DNA from: Desulfuromonadales bacterium
Lineage (GTDB): Bacteria; Desulfobacterota; Desulfuromonadia; Desulfuromonadales; SZUA-540
Length of the DNA stretch: 64,000 nt
NCBI GenBank assembly: GCA_033549025.1
Contig: JAWSUS010000015.1
Span: 1 to 64,000 of the forward strand
Direction: 5' to 3'
Position 1 is the stretch's first letter. Every line of letters starts with the position of its first letter. The translations under genes were made by a program, and so were the position numbers. Below the pieces are notes generated by a model. The model searched no databases. It had not been told where the DNA came from and worked only from the letters and a program-made list of their open reading frames with translations. Of this stretch, positions 55,961 to 64,000 are shown in pieces.

Positions 55961-58900
55961 CTATTGGAAGACCTCTCGGGAGGAGGATGTGGCGGGGTCG
56001 GGCGCGAAGATCTCCTGCAGGCTGGCTTCGTCGTCGGCGCCGTTCTGCACGTAGCGGCGCATGGCCACAACCCGACGGCGGATCTCTTCTTCGGCCCGTT
56101 CGCGGATCTGGCTGCCCAGCTTTTTGATCTCCTCGCGCTGGCGGGCGGTGTCGCGCTTGCCTTCGGCCAGATCGGCCTGCAGGCGCGCCTCAAAGATGCT
56201 TTTTTGCAGGTTGCGCACCTCCACCCCAAAATCGAGTACTTCCGGCACCAGCCCGGAGAAGCTGCGCACGCCACAGATATCCTTGCCTTCCATGCGGTAG
56301 GCCTCCAGCACCTCCGGCTCGAAGTCGAGATAGTTCTGCTGGGGCATGTACATGCGCGGCAGATACTGCAGCACCTTTTCGGCTTTTTTGCGGTGGCCGC
56401 CGATGATGACGGAGGCGCCGACTTCGCCGCGCTGGGCCCCCTTGATCCAGGGCGCACCGGTGATGCCAAAATCGTTGAGCACCGGCAGGTTCAAAAACAC
56501 CGACAGGGTGTTGATCGCCAGCGCGAAACCGGCGGAGGGACCGCCGACGCTGTAGGAGGCCGACAGCAGCTGGTGGTGCAGGGAGTAGCCCTCCAGAAAG
56601 CGCCCGAGCAGGCGAGGCAGGTTAAAGTCAGGGCAGAGAGCCTGCAGATAGTTCTCGACCAGGGTCACCGCCTCGCAGGCGCTCTGGCGGGTCATCTGTA
56701 CGGCCAGGTCCATCTCGGCTGCGCCCGGCGCCGAAGTGGAGACGGCCCCGGTCACCACGATCTTCTCGGGAAAGACCCGGTAGACCAGGGACGAGGCGAT
56801 GGGCAGCAGAATACCGCTGGTGTCGTTGGCCCCGACGCCGACGACGAAACCGACCTGGGGTTCTTTCGACAGTTCCGTCTCCAGAAATTCATCGAGCTGC
56901 TGTTTGCCCTTGCGCAGGGGGCTGCCCGCCAGCTGGGTGCGGGCGCTGAGCAGATGCCAGCGGGTGATGGGGAAAATTCCCTGCCGGTAGATCTTGCCCA
57001 GGCGCGAGGCGGCTTCATCGAGACAGCCCAGCAGAGATTCCTCGCCGTGCCGGGCGCGCAGGGCCAGGCTCGGTTCACCGGCCGCTCCCTCCAGCAGGCC
57101 GACCAGGGTCTTGTAGTTGAAGCGGACGAAACGCATGCGTTCTTCCTCGTCCCCCTTGACCGCCTCCATGAGCTTGCCGAGCACCTCGATCTCCGTCGAG
57201 CGCAGGCTGCGCACCTTTTCGACAAAGGCGGTAAAGTCTGCGGGCGTTTCGCAGAGGGAGCGGGCCACCCGCACGATCTCCTCGAAGCTGAGGCCTTCGT
57301 CCAGGCTGAGATCACGCAACTCCTTGTGCATGATGCGCAGGGCATCCTCGTCCCGCATGTGCCCGGTGACGTTGAGCACTTTCAGGCGTTTGGAGCGGAT
57401 CAGGGCCGGATCGAGAATGTCGAGACGGTTGGTGGTCAGCACGGTAAAGACCCGGTTCAGGGGGGATTCCCCGTCGATGATGGAGAGGAACTTGTTGGTG
57501 ACCTTGTCGTAGGGGCTCCCCCCCTGGGCGCTACGGCGCGGCGCCACCGAGTCCCCCTCGTCGAAGAAGACCATGGCGGGCGAGAGCATCTTGGCGATGT
57601 CGTAGACCCGTTCGAGATTCTCCACCATGCCTTCAAACGGATTGACCGGATCGGCCAGATCGTTGAGGTTGACCACCAGGTCCTGCACCTCGCGATTATC
57701 CCCCAGCCAGGCCCGCACCATGTAGGTCTTGCCCGAACCCGGCGGCCCGGCCAGCACCACCCCCTTCTCTTCGTTGACGTTGTAGAAGAGAGCGTTGTTG
57801 GCCATCTCGGAAAATTCGTTCTTGATGCCGCCGATATAATCGCTCCAGCGGACGCCGCGGTCGATATGCCCCACCAGCTTCTTGTAGAGGGAACCATAGA
57901 CGTTGCGGGCCACTTCTTTGAGGGCGTCACGCACCAGAAACTGATCGTCGAGATAGCGGTCGTGGAAATCACCCTTGAGGGAGATGATGGAGTCGATGAG
58001 GCGGCGTACGTAGGCCGGTGTGATGCGCAGGCTGCGCTCGCGGAAGATGGGATAGAGATGGTCGACCACCCGCTCCAGCTGCTCCTCGGGGAGGACCCTC
58101 TCTTCCTGGCCCGGGTGACCGGCGTTGAAATTTTTGCGCTTGAGCTCCTGGCGGACCACCTCGCGCAGGTGGTGGCGGTCCTGCCAGAATTCGCCGATAT
58201 CGATGACCAGACCGCGTTCGACGAAACGCCGGTAGATGGCGGGATCGAACTGTTCCGGCTGGTCGGTGGTGGCGATCAGCAGGCAGTCGCGACGGCCGTA
58301 GGCGATCTCGTCCAGCAGAATGTTGGCCGTATCGACCAGACTGGCCTGCTGCCCCTTGACGGTGCTCATCTGGTCAGGGCGACCGAAAGCCGAATGGGCC
58401 TCTTCCAGATGGCGGATGCAGGTGCGCCGCTCGTCTCCCATGGCCTTGCGCAGATAGTTGCCCGGTTCCCCCGCCCAGGCCGTCTGGTAGTCGTTGGGGG
58501 TGATCATGGCATAGTCGACCCAGACCCCCTGCTCTTCCAGGGAGGAGAGAGCCTGACCGATGCGCTCGCGAAAGATGTAGCGGATCAGGGGAACGCGGGA
58601 CCAGAAGCGCAGGCGCTCCACCTTGCGGCGCCGTTCGATGCGCACCGCCAGTTCGGGGTCGACATCCTCCAGGTGACGCCAGAAAGGTTGATCGGAGAGC
58701 ACCTCCTCTCGTTTGACCTCCAAATCGATGACGGGGCGCACCTCGTTGGCGAAGACGGCCTCCTCGATGGCCTGCTTGACCGTGGCGCTTTTGCCGCTGC
58801 CGCTGCTGCCCACCACCAGCACGAGGGGCGCTCGCGGCACCAGGGGATCTTCGGTGTACTCCTTGAGAATGTGGGCGTGGTAGAGTTTGCGGAAGGTCTC

Positions 58901-59296
58901 CAGCAAGGGCGGCGGCACGAAGATGTCGGTGGTTTTGTGGGCCAGCAGAAAGGTCAGGTACTGGTAGTCGTGCCAGTCGAGCTCGCGTTCAAGGATTTTC
59001 TCCCAGGCAGCCGAGGCGCTCTGCGAGCCGGACACCTCGAACCGTCGCCGCCAGTCGCTGAGCAGCTCCGGGTTGCGCAGATTCTGGAAATTGCGCTCCG
59101 ACGGCTTCAGCAGCCGCCGCAGCCAGGCCCGCAGCCGGCCGAAGAGGGTCGGCGTCGGGTCATACTGCCGCAGTCGGCGCAGCACGAAGAGGCGGGTCTC
59201 GTAGTTCCACTGCTCAACCAGCGCCTCAATCTGCTTGATGCGCTTCTCGGAGAGCCGGACGTATACTGGAGACCTTGTTTTTCGCGGCCTGCTCAT
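55961..59296 (-). CDS. Tandem AAA-AAA ATPase fused to a C-terminal Lon (S16)-type Ser-Lys protease domain
   Basis: AAA1: GSSGSGKS, AWAGE, HLEEAH, DPAIYRRF. AAA2: GPPGSGKT, FFDEGD, TTNRLDILDPALIR. Protease: GGPSAG (S921), ITG, IIGGHRKK (K971), MPQQN. Confidence 0.85.
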   Translation of the reverse strand: MSRPRKTRSPVYVRLSEKRIKQIEALVEQWNYETRLFVLRRLRQYDPTPTLFGRLRAWLRRLLKPSERNFQNLRNPELLSDWRRRFEVSGSQSASAAWEKILERELDWHDYQYLTFLLAHKTTDIFVPPPLLETFRKLYHAHILKEYTEDPLVPRAPLVLVVGSSGSGKSATVKQAIEEAVFANEVRPVIDLEVKREEVLSDQPFWRHLEDVDPELAVRIERRRKVERLRFWSRVPLIRYIFRERIGQALSSLEEQGVWVDYAMITPNDYQTAWAGEPGNYLRKAMGDERRTCIRHLEEAHSAFGRPDQMSTVKGQQASLVDTANILLDEIAYGRRDCLLIATTDQPEQFDPAIYRRFVERGLVIDIGEFWQDRHHLREVVRQELKRKNFNAGHPGQEERVLPEEQLERVVDHLYPIFRERSLRITPAYVRRLIDSIISLKGDFHDRYLDDQFLVRDALKEVARNVYGSLYKKLVGHIDRGVRWSDYIGGIKNEFSEMANNALFYNVNEEKGVVLAGPPGSGKTYMVRAWLGDNREVQDLVVNLNDLADPVNPFEGMVENLERVYDIAKMLSPAMVFFDEGDSVAPRRSAQGGSPYDKVTNKFLSIIDGESPLNRVFTVLTTNRLDILDPALIRSKRLKVLNVTGHMRDEDALRIMHKELRDLSLDEGLSFEEIVRVARSLCETPADFTAFVEKVRSLRSTEIEVLGKLMEAVKGDEEERMRFVRFNYKTLVGLLEGAAGEPSLALRARHGEESLLGCLDEAASRLGKIYRQGIFPITRWHLLSARTQLAGSPLRKGKQQLDEFLETELSKEPQVGFVVGVGANDTSGILLPIASSLVYRVFPEKIVVTGAVSTSAPGAAEMDLAVQMTRQSACEAVTLVENYLQALCPDFNLPRLLGRFLEGYSLHHQLLSASYSVGGPSAGFALAINTLSVFLNLPVLNDFGITGAPWIKGAQRGEVGASVIIGGHRKKAEKVLQYLPRMYMPQQNYLDFEPEVLEAYRMEGKDICGVRSFSGLVPEVLDFGVEVRNLQKSIFEARLQADLAEGKRDTARQREEIKKLGSQIRERAEEEIRRRVVAMRRYVQNGADDEASLQEIFAPDPATSSSREVFQ

Positions 59297-60236
59297 GGGG
59301 AGAAAGCTCTTCCTTTCTGGCCGGCTCGGGCGGCGCCGGCAAGACGACCGGCGTCGCGCCGGCGGTGTTGTTCAGGACGAAGGTATTCTGGCCCTGCTGG
59401 TTCTTTTCGTAGGCGGTGGCCCATTTCTGCTGGTTGAGAAACTCGAACAGAAACCGTTCCTCCCCTTCCTGCAGGCCGACGGCGGCGCGGAATTCGCGGA
59501 TTGAATCGCTGTAGGCGGCGTAAAGCTTGCGGGTTCGGCTGGCCTCGAGGTCGGCGGCGTAGTTCTCGGCCTCGGCAATGAGCTCCCGCCGCTTCTTCTC
59601 TTCGCTGGCCTCGGCTAGCTTGTCGCCAAAGCGGGTATCCCGCAGGACGAAGGAGACCACTTCGATGCCGTACTTCTGCTCCAGGTTGGGCCCCCCTTCG
59701 TTGATGGGGCGCTGCTTGAGGGCCTGGTAGATCTGTTCCTTGATCATCTCGCGGTCGGAGATGAGTTCATCGACGCTGTGTCCCTGCATGACGTCCTTGA
59801 CGATACCGTCGAAATCGTTCTGCAGCAGGGTCTGGGGCGACTTGTTTTCGATGCCCCAGGTCTCCAGGTCGCCGATGCGATAGGTCATCATGGCGCTGGT
59901 CCACAGGGCCACGTTCCCCCGCGACATGATGCGTTCTTCCTGGGATTTGCCGCCGAGATGGAGTTCCTGGTTCATCAGGGGCACCTCCAGCTCGATACGG
60001 GTGAAAAAGGGGAGCCGCATATGCCAGCCGATGCTGTGCACCACCCGCCGTTCGCCCGAAAGATCTTCCAGAACCACGGCGTAATTCTTGCGAACCTTGT
60101 AGATGGTCTTGGTCGCATAGACCAGGGCCACCCCGTAGTAGACCATGACGCCCACCAGAAGAGTCAACGCGCCCCGCTTGAGCAGGGCTTTCATGCGGGC
60201 TCGGTGCAAAAGTCGAAAACGCTGGTCGGCTTCCAT
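59226..60236 (-). CDS. SPFH/band-7 (HflC/prohibitin-like) membrane protein
   Basis: One N-terminal TM, GWH.RLPFF, SVDELISDR, YGIEVVSFVLRD, Ala/Glu coiled coil; aggagagg RBS; overlaps the AAA gene by 71 nt. Confidence 0.8.
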   Translation of the reverse strand: MEADQRFRLLHRARMKALLKRGALTLLVGVMVYYGVALVYATKTIYKVRKNYAVVLEDLSGERRVVHSIGWHMRLPFFTRIELEVPLMNQELHLGGKSQEERIMSRGNVALWTSAMMTYRIGDLETWGIENKSPQTLLQNDFDGIVKDVMQGHSVDELISDREMIKEQIYQALKQRPINEGGPNLEQKYGIEVVSFVLRDTRFGDKLAEASEEKKRRELIAEAENYAADLEASRTRKLYAAYSDSIREFRAAVGLQEGEERFLFEFLNQQKWATAYEKNQQGQNTFVLNNTAGATPVVLPAPPEPARKEELSPHEQAAKNKVSSIRPALREAHQAD

Positions 60237-60537
60237 AGTCACCTCTCCTGTAATATGCCATAAACTATAACATCATTTTAAATTTTTTCTCGACAGCTTT
60301 TTTGGTCTTCAATCGGCACAGACAGATCGTCCAAAACGGCTACTCCATACGCGCTATCCCTGTTTTAAAACATTGTTTATATAAAATTATTGAGATCTCG
60401 ACAGCCACCACGCCACCCTCGCCTGAAAATATCGATTTCACCGAGGAACGGTTGACCTCTCGGGACCGAGCGGCCATAATTTGCCAGTAAGCGCTGCCGA
60501 TCCTGCTCGGCTTTTATCCCGACAAAGGAGACCCCTC

Positions 60538-61671
60538 ATGAGTTCTCAGGTTCCCGTCTATTTCGCCGACATGCGTGCCGGCCATCGCGAAAACCTCTTC
60601 AACAAGCTGACCCGCCTGCTGGACGCCGCCGGCATCGAGCAGGTGATCCGGCGCGGCGATTTGACCGCCGTCAAGATTCACTTCGGCGAAAAAGGCGGCC
60701 ATGCCTACATCCGCCCCACCTTCCTGCGCCGCGTGGTCGACCGGGTCAAGGCCCTGGGCGGCAAACCTTTTCTCACCGACTCCTGCACCCTCTACCCCGG
60801 CGAACGCAAAGAAGCCGTCTCCGCCCTGACTTGCGGCATTGAAAACGGCTTCGCCTATGCCGTTGTTGGCGCCCCCCTCATCATGTGCGACGGGCTGCGC
60901 GGCCAGTCGGCCACCCGCGTCCCCATGGAGGGCGGCCTGCTCACCTCCGTCTCCATCGCCCAGGAAATCCTCGAAGCCGACGTGCTCATCGCCGTCTCTC
61001 ACTTCAAGTGTCACGAGCTCACCGGTTTCGGCGGCGCCCTCAAAAACCTCGCCATGGGCTGCTCGAGCCGTGAAGGCAAACTGGAGCAGCACTCCAACGT
61101 CGCCCCGAAGGTGGCGGAGAAGTTCTGCACCGCCTGCGCCGCCTGCCTGAAAGCCTGCGCCCACGGGGCCATCGCCTTCGTCGAGGGCAAAGCCTTCATC
61201 ACCGCCGCCAAATGCACCGGCTGCGGGCGCTGCATCACCGTGTGCGAGGAAAAGGCCATCCAGATCCAGTGGAACGAGGAAGCCCCGCTGGTCATGAAAA
61301 AGATGGCCGAGTACGCCAAAGGAGCCGTGCGGGGCAAGGAAGGCCAAACCCTGTTCGTCAATTTCATCACCCAGGTCTCCCCCGCCTGCGACTGCTACGG
61401 CCACTCGGACGCCCCTATCGTGCCGGATATCGGCATCCTGGCTTCCGCCGACCCCGTCGCTCTCGACCAGGCCTGCGCCGACCTGGTCAACCAGGCCCAG
61501 GGTCTGCCGAACACCGCTCTGCAGCAAGGGCATGAGTCGGGCGGCGACAAGTTCAGAGGGGTTCACCCCGCTATCGACTGGGAGATTACGCTGGAACACG
61601 CCGAGGCCATCGGCCTGGGGAGTCGGCAATACGAGCTGATCCGGCTGGAGCCGCAGGGGAAGAGCTGGTAG
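60538..61671 (+). CDS. DUF362 domain protein with 2x[4Fe-4S] insert
   Basis: KIHFGE, TDSCTLY, SHFKCH..GFGGALKN.AMGC, CxxCxxCxxxC twice, SP.CDC, DPVALDQAC. Confidence 0.9.
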   Translation: MSSQVPVYFADMRAGHRENLFNKLTRLLDAAGIEQVIRRGDLTAVKIHFGEKGGHAYIRPTFLRRVVDRVKALGGKPFLTDSCTLYPGERKEAVSALTCGIENGFAYAVVGAPLIMCDGLRGQSATRVPMEGGLLTSVSIAQEILEADVLIAVSHFKCHELTGFGGALKNLAMGCSSREGKLEQHSNVAPKVAEKFCTACAACLKACAHGAIAFVEGKAFITAAKCTGCGRCITVCEEKAIQIQWNEEAPLVMKKMAEYAKGAVRGKEGQTLFVNFITQVSPACDCYGHSDAPIVPDIGILASADPVALDQACADLVNQAQGLPNTALQQGHESGGDKFRGVHPAIDWEITLEHAEAIGLGSRQYELIRLEPQGKSW

Positions 61672-61705
61672 GCGGACAACGCACCGAAAAGGAAGGAGAC
61701 AGAAT

Positions 61706-62095
61706 ATGCCCATGGAGATTACCTTTCCCGGCGGCGCGGCAGTCAATGCCAGCGTCCGGGGCTTCACCATCCACACCGACCAGCCCGAGGAGGATGGCGG
61801 CGGCAACAGCGCCCCGGCCCCCTTCGAGTTCTTTCTGTCCTCCATCGGCACCTGCGCCGGCTACTACGCCCTGCGCTTCTGCCAGCAGCGCCAGCTATCC
61901 GTGGAAGGGTTGAAGCTGCACCTGGATTGGGAGAGGGACCCGGACAGCCATCGCCTCACCCGGGTGAGGCTGACCTTTGAACTGCCCGCGGACTTCCCGG
62001 AAAAGTACGGCAAGGCCATTCTGCGTGCGGCAGGACAGTGCTCGGTTAAACGCGCCATCCTCGACCCGCCCGAGTTTGATATGGGTATTGCCTGA
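61706..62095 (+). CDS. OsmC family protein
   Basis: TDQP...GG...P.PFE.FL.SIGTC, second Cys in QCSVK. Confidence 0.88.
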   Translation: MPMEITFPGGAAVNASVRGFTIHTDQPEEDGGGNSAPAPFEFFLSSIGTCAGYYALRFCQQRQLSVEGLKLHLDWERDPDSHRLTRVRLTFELPADFPEKYGKAILRAAGQCSVKRAILDPPEFDMGIA

Positions 62096-62106
62096 AAAAC
62101 GGTTAC

Positions 62107-62355
62107 TTACAGAGGGGGATAATCGGCGGCCATAGCCGGATCCTGTTCTTCCAGGGGGAGTTCGCGACCGAGGGCGGTCAGCAAAGCTTCGGCGTCCAGG
62201 CGGCGCGAAGGCGGGTAGGCGATCTCGACCAGGGCCTGTCGGTTGTCGAGGGTACGGATGAAGGCGAGACCATCGTAGCTCTCCAGCACGAAACGCAGGT
62301 AGGCGATATGCTGGCGGGGGGTGAGATAAATACGTTTGACAAAAGGGGTGTCCAT
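62107..62355 (-). CDS. DUF4911 domain protein
   Basis: IAYLRFVLESYDGLA..RTLD; aggag RBS before ATG 62355. Confidence 0.75.
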   Translation of the reverse strand: MDTPFVKRIYLTPRQHIAYLRFVLESYDGLAFIRTLDNRQALVEIAYPPSRRLDAEALLTALGRELPLEEQDPAMAADYPPL

Positions 62356-62438
62356 AAAGCGCTCCTGGCCGCTGACCGGCCTCAACAACACCAATGAGAT
62401 AACAGGACGACACGCGTTCGAAAGAAAGGACAGCCGCC

Positions 62439-63545
62439 ATGATCGTCGCCGTACCCAAGGAAATCAAAACCCGCGAATACCGCGTCGGCCTGACCCCGGC
62501 CGGGGTGCGCACCCTCGTCGAGGACGGTCACCAGGTTCTGGTGGAATGCGGGGCCGGCGATGGCAGCGGCCTCGACGACGACCAGTATGCGCGGGCGGGC
62601 GCCGAAATTGTTCCCACGGCGGCGGAAATCTACCGCAGGGCGGAGCTGATCGTCAAGGTGAAGGAGCCGCTGCCGGTGGAATATCCCCTGTTGCGGCCGG
62701 GACAACTCCTCTTCACCTATCTGCACCTGGCCCCGGCCCCGGAACTGACGGCGGCCCTGCTCGACCGCCAGGTCACCGGCATCGCCTACGAGACGGTGCA
62801 ACAGACGGACGGCAGCCTGCCGCTACTGCACCCCATGAGCGAGATTGCCGGCCGCATGGCCGTGCAGGTGGGAGCCCATTTTCTCGAGAAGGAACAGGGG
62901 GGCAAAGGGGTGCTGCTGGCGGGAGCCCCCGGTGTGCGCCAAGGCAAGGTGATGATCCTGGGCGCCGGCACGGTGGGGAGCAACGCGGCCCGCCTCGCCG
63001 TGGGCATGGGCGCCGAAGTCACGGTACTCGATATCGACCCGGCCCGGCTGGCCGCCCTTGACCAGCACTACGGCAACCGCCTGCAGACCCTGATATCCAA
63101 CTCGCAGACCATAGAGGAAGAAATCCGCCGCGCCGATCTGCTCGTCGGCGCCGTCCTCGTCGCCGGCGCCCGGGCGCCCCAACTGGTAAGCCGCGAGATG
63201 GTCGGCCGCATGGAGGCGGGCAGCGTCATCGTCGACGTGGCCGTGGACCAGGGGGGCTGCGTGGCCACGACCCGCCCCACCACCCATGACGAGCCGACCT
63301 ATATGGTCGACGGCGTCATCCACTACGGCGTCGCCAACATGCCGGGAGCGGTAAGCCGCACCAGCACCTTCGCCCTCACCAACCGCACCCTCCCTTACGT
63401 GCGCGCCTTGGCGGCAAAGGGGCTGACCGAAGCCGTGCGCAGCGACGCGGCGTTGGCCGGCGGCCTCAACACCTACGCCGGCCACCTCTGCAACGAAGCG
63501 GTGGCCAGGGCCCAGGGCAGAGCTTATACCCCGTTTGCGGGCTGA
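62439..63545 (+). CDS. ald: Alanine dehydrogenase
   Basis: PKEIK..EYRV, VKVKEP, FTYLHLA, MSEIAGR, GAGTVG, VDQGG, VANMPG. Confidence 0.95.
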   Translation: MIVAVPKEIKTREYRVGLTPAGVRTLVEDGHQVLVECGAGDGSGLDDDQYARAGAEIVPTAAEIYRRAELIVKVKEPLPVEYPLLRPGQLLFTYLHLAPAPELTAALLDRQVTGIAYETVQQTDGSLPLLHPMSEIAGRMAVQVGAHFLEKEQGGKGVLLAGAPGVRQGKVMILGAGTVGSNAARLAVGMGAEVTVLDIDPARLAALDQHYGNRLQTLISNSQTIEEEIRRADLLVGAVLVAGARAPQLVSREMVGRMEAGSVIVDVAVDQGGCVATTRPTTHDEPTYMVDGVIHYGVANMPGAVSRTSTFALTNRTLPYVRALAAKGLTEAVRSDAALAGGLNTYAGHLCNEAVARAQGRAYTPFAG

Positions 63546-64000
63546 GTCCGCAGGTCGATAAAGTGATCCAGCAGATAGCGGGCGATGCTGCGCTGGGGTG
63601 GCAGGGTGGGCAGGTCCGTCAGGGGAAACCAGCGGGCATCCTCCAGCTCCTTCTCTTCCACCCGTACCTCGCCGCCATCATAGTCGGCGACGAACCCGGC
63701 CATCAGCTGGCTGGGGAAGGGCCAGCTCTGGCTCCCGACATAACGGATATTCTTCACCCGCACCCCCGTCTCCTCCAGCACCTCTCGTACAACTGTCTCC
63801 TCCAGACATTCGCCGAACTCGACGAAGCCGGCCACCAGGCTGTAGCGACCTTCGGGCCATTCGCGCTTGCGGGTCAGCAGCACTTCACCGGCGCGCCGCA
63901 CCAGCACGATGATGCAGGGGTGGATGTGGGGAAAATGGCCGTAGTGGCAGGCGACACACTCCTTGCCCCATTCGCCGGGCAGATGCCGCAACTCGCCGCC
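63524..64000 (-). CDS. nudC: NAD(+) diphosphatase NudC (5' part lies beyond the window)
   Basis: Zn-ribbon C..C, Nudix box AGFVE.GE.LEE...REV.EETG, SQSWPFP.QLM. Confidence 0.9.
   Translation of the reverse strand, partial: GGELRHLPGEWGKECVACHYGHFPHIHPCIIVLVRRAGEVLLTRKREWPEGRYSLVAGFVEFGECLEETVVREVLEETGVRVKNIRYVGSQSWPFPSQLMAGFVADYDGGEVRVEEKELEDARWFPLTDLPTLPPQRSIARYLLDHFIDLRTQPANGV

Noticed and set aside
55871..59437. 1188-aa ORF on the + strand
   Set aside because: Antisense shadow of the AAA-Lon gene with no recognisable motifs; expected from high-GC codon bias.
60237..60480. CIRCE or sigma54 element upstream of the SPFH-AAA-Hsp20 cluster
   Set aside because: No TTAGCACTC-N9-GAGTGCTAA and no correctly spaced GG-N10-GC promoter seen.
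1..64000. tRNA, rRNA, CRISPR array, integrase/transposase, integron attC
   Set aside because: No cloverleaf with a T-loop motif, no regularly spaced repeats and no recombinase motifs found by eye.

Overview
GC-rich chromosomal window from an anaerobic deltaproteobacterium. The gene repertoire and style suggest Desulfuromonas/Geobacter relatives (inference). It is densely coding with about 60 mostly housekeeping or metabolic genes (selO, rnk, a pilT paralog, guaC, ppnP, queF, prfC, srkA, slyD, a pabB-pabC fusion, lysA, malic enzyme, Rrf2-cysK-larE, ald, nudC). I saw no rRNA, tRNA, CRISPR array, integrase or transposase. The most notable element is a three-gene minus-strand cluster at 55407-60236. 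It encodes an SPFH/band-7 membrane protein, an 1111-aa protein with two tandem classic-clade (CDC48/FtsH-like) AAA domains fused to a Lon-type Ser-Lys protease domain, and an Hsp20. This looks like an undescribed analogue of the FtsH-HflKC membrane protein quality-control machine. Other items worth follow-up: (1) an ~11 kb accessory-looking block (19.6-30.3 kb) with HelD, RF3, three TraR/DksA paralogs (two lacking the coiled-coil tip) and a Cys-less ArsD homolog; (2) a ~190-nt rod-shaped ncRNA candidate with its own terminator (45467-45700); (3) an attenuator-like leader before DUF2179-rnk; (4) a PATAN-MshEN-REC-GAF protein next to pilT; (5) two small ORFs below the ORF-track cutoff. All family assignments come from motif recognition by eye, not database searches.
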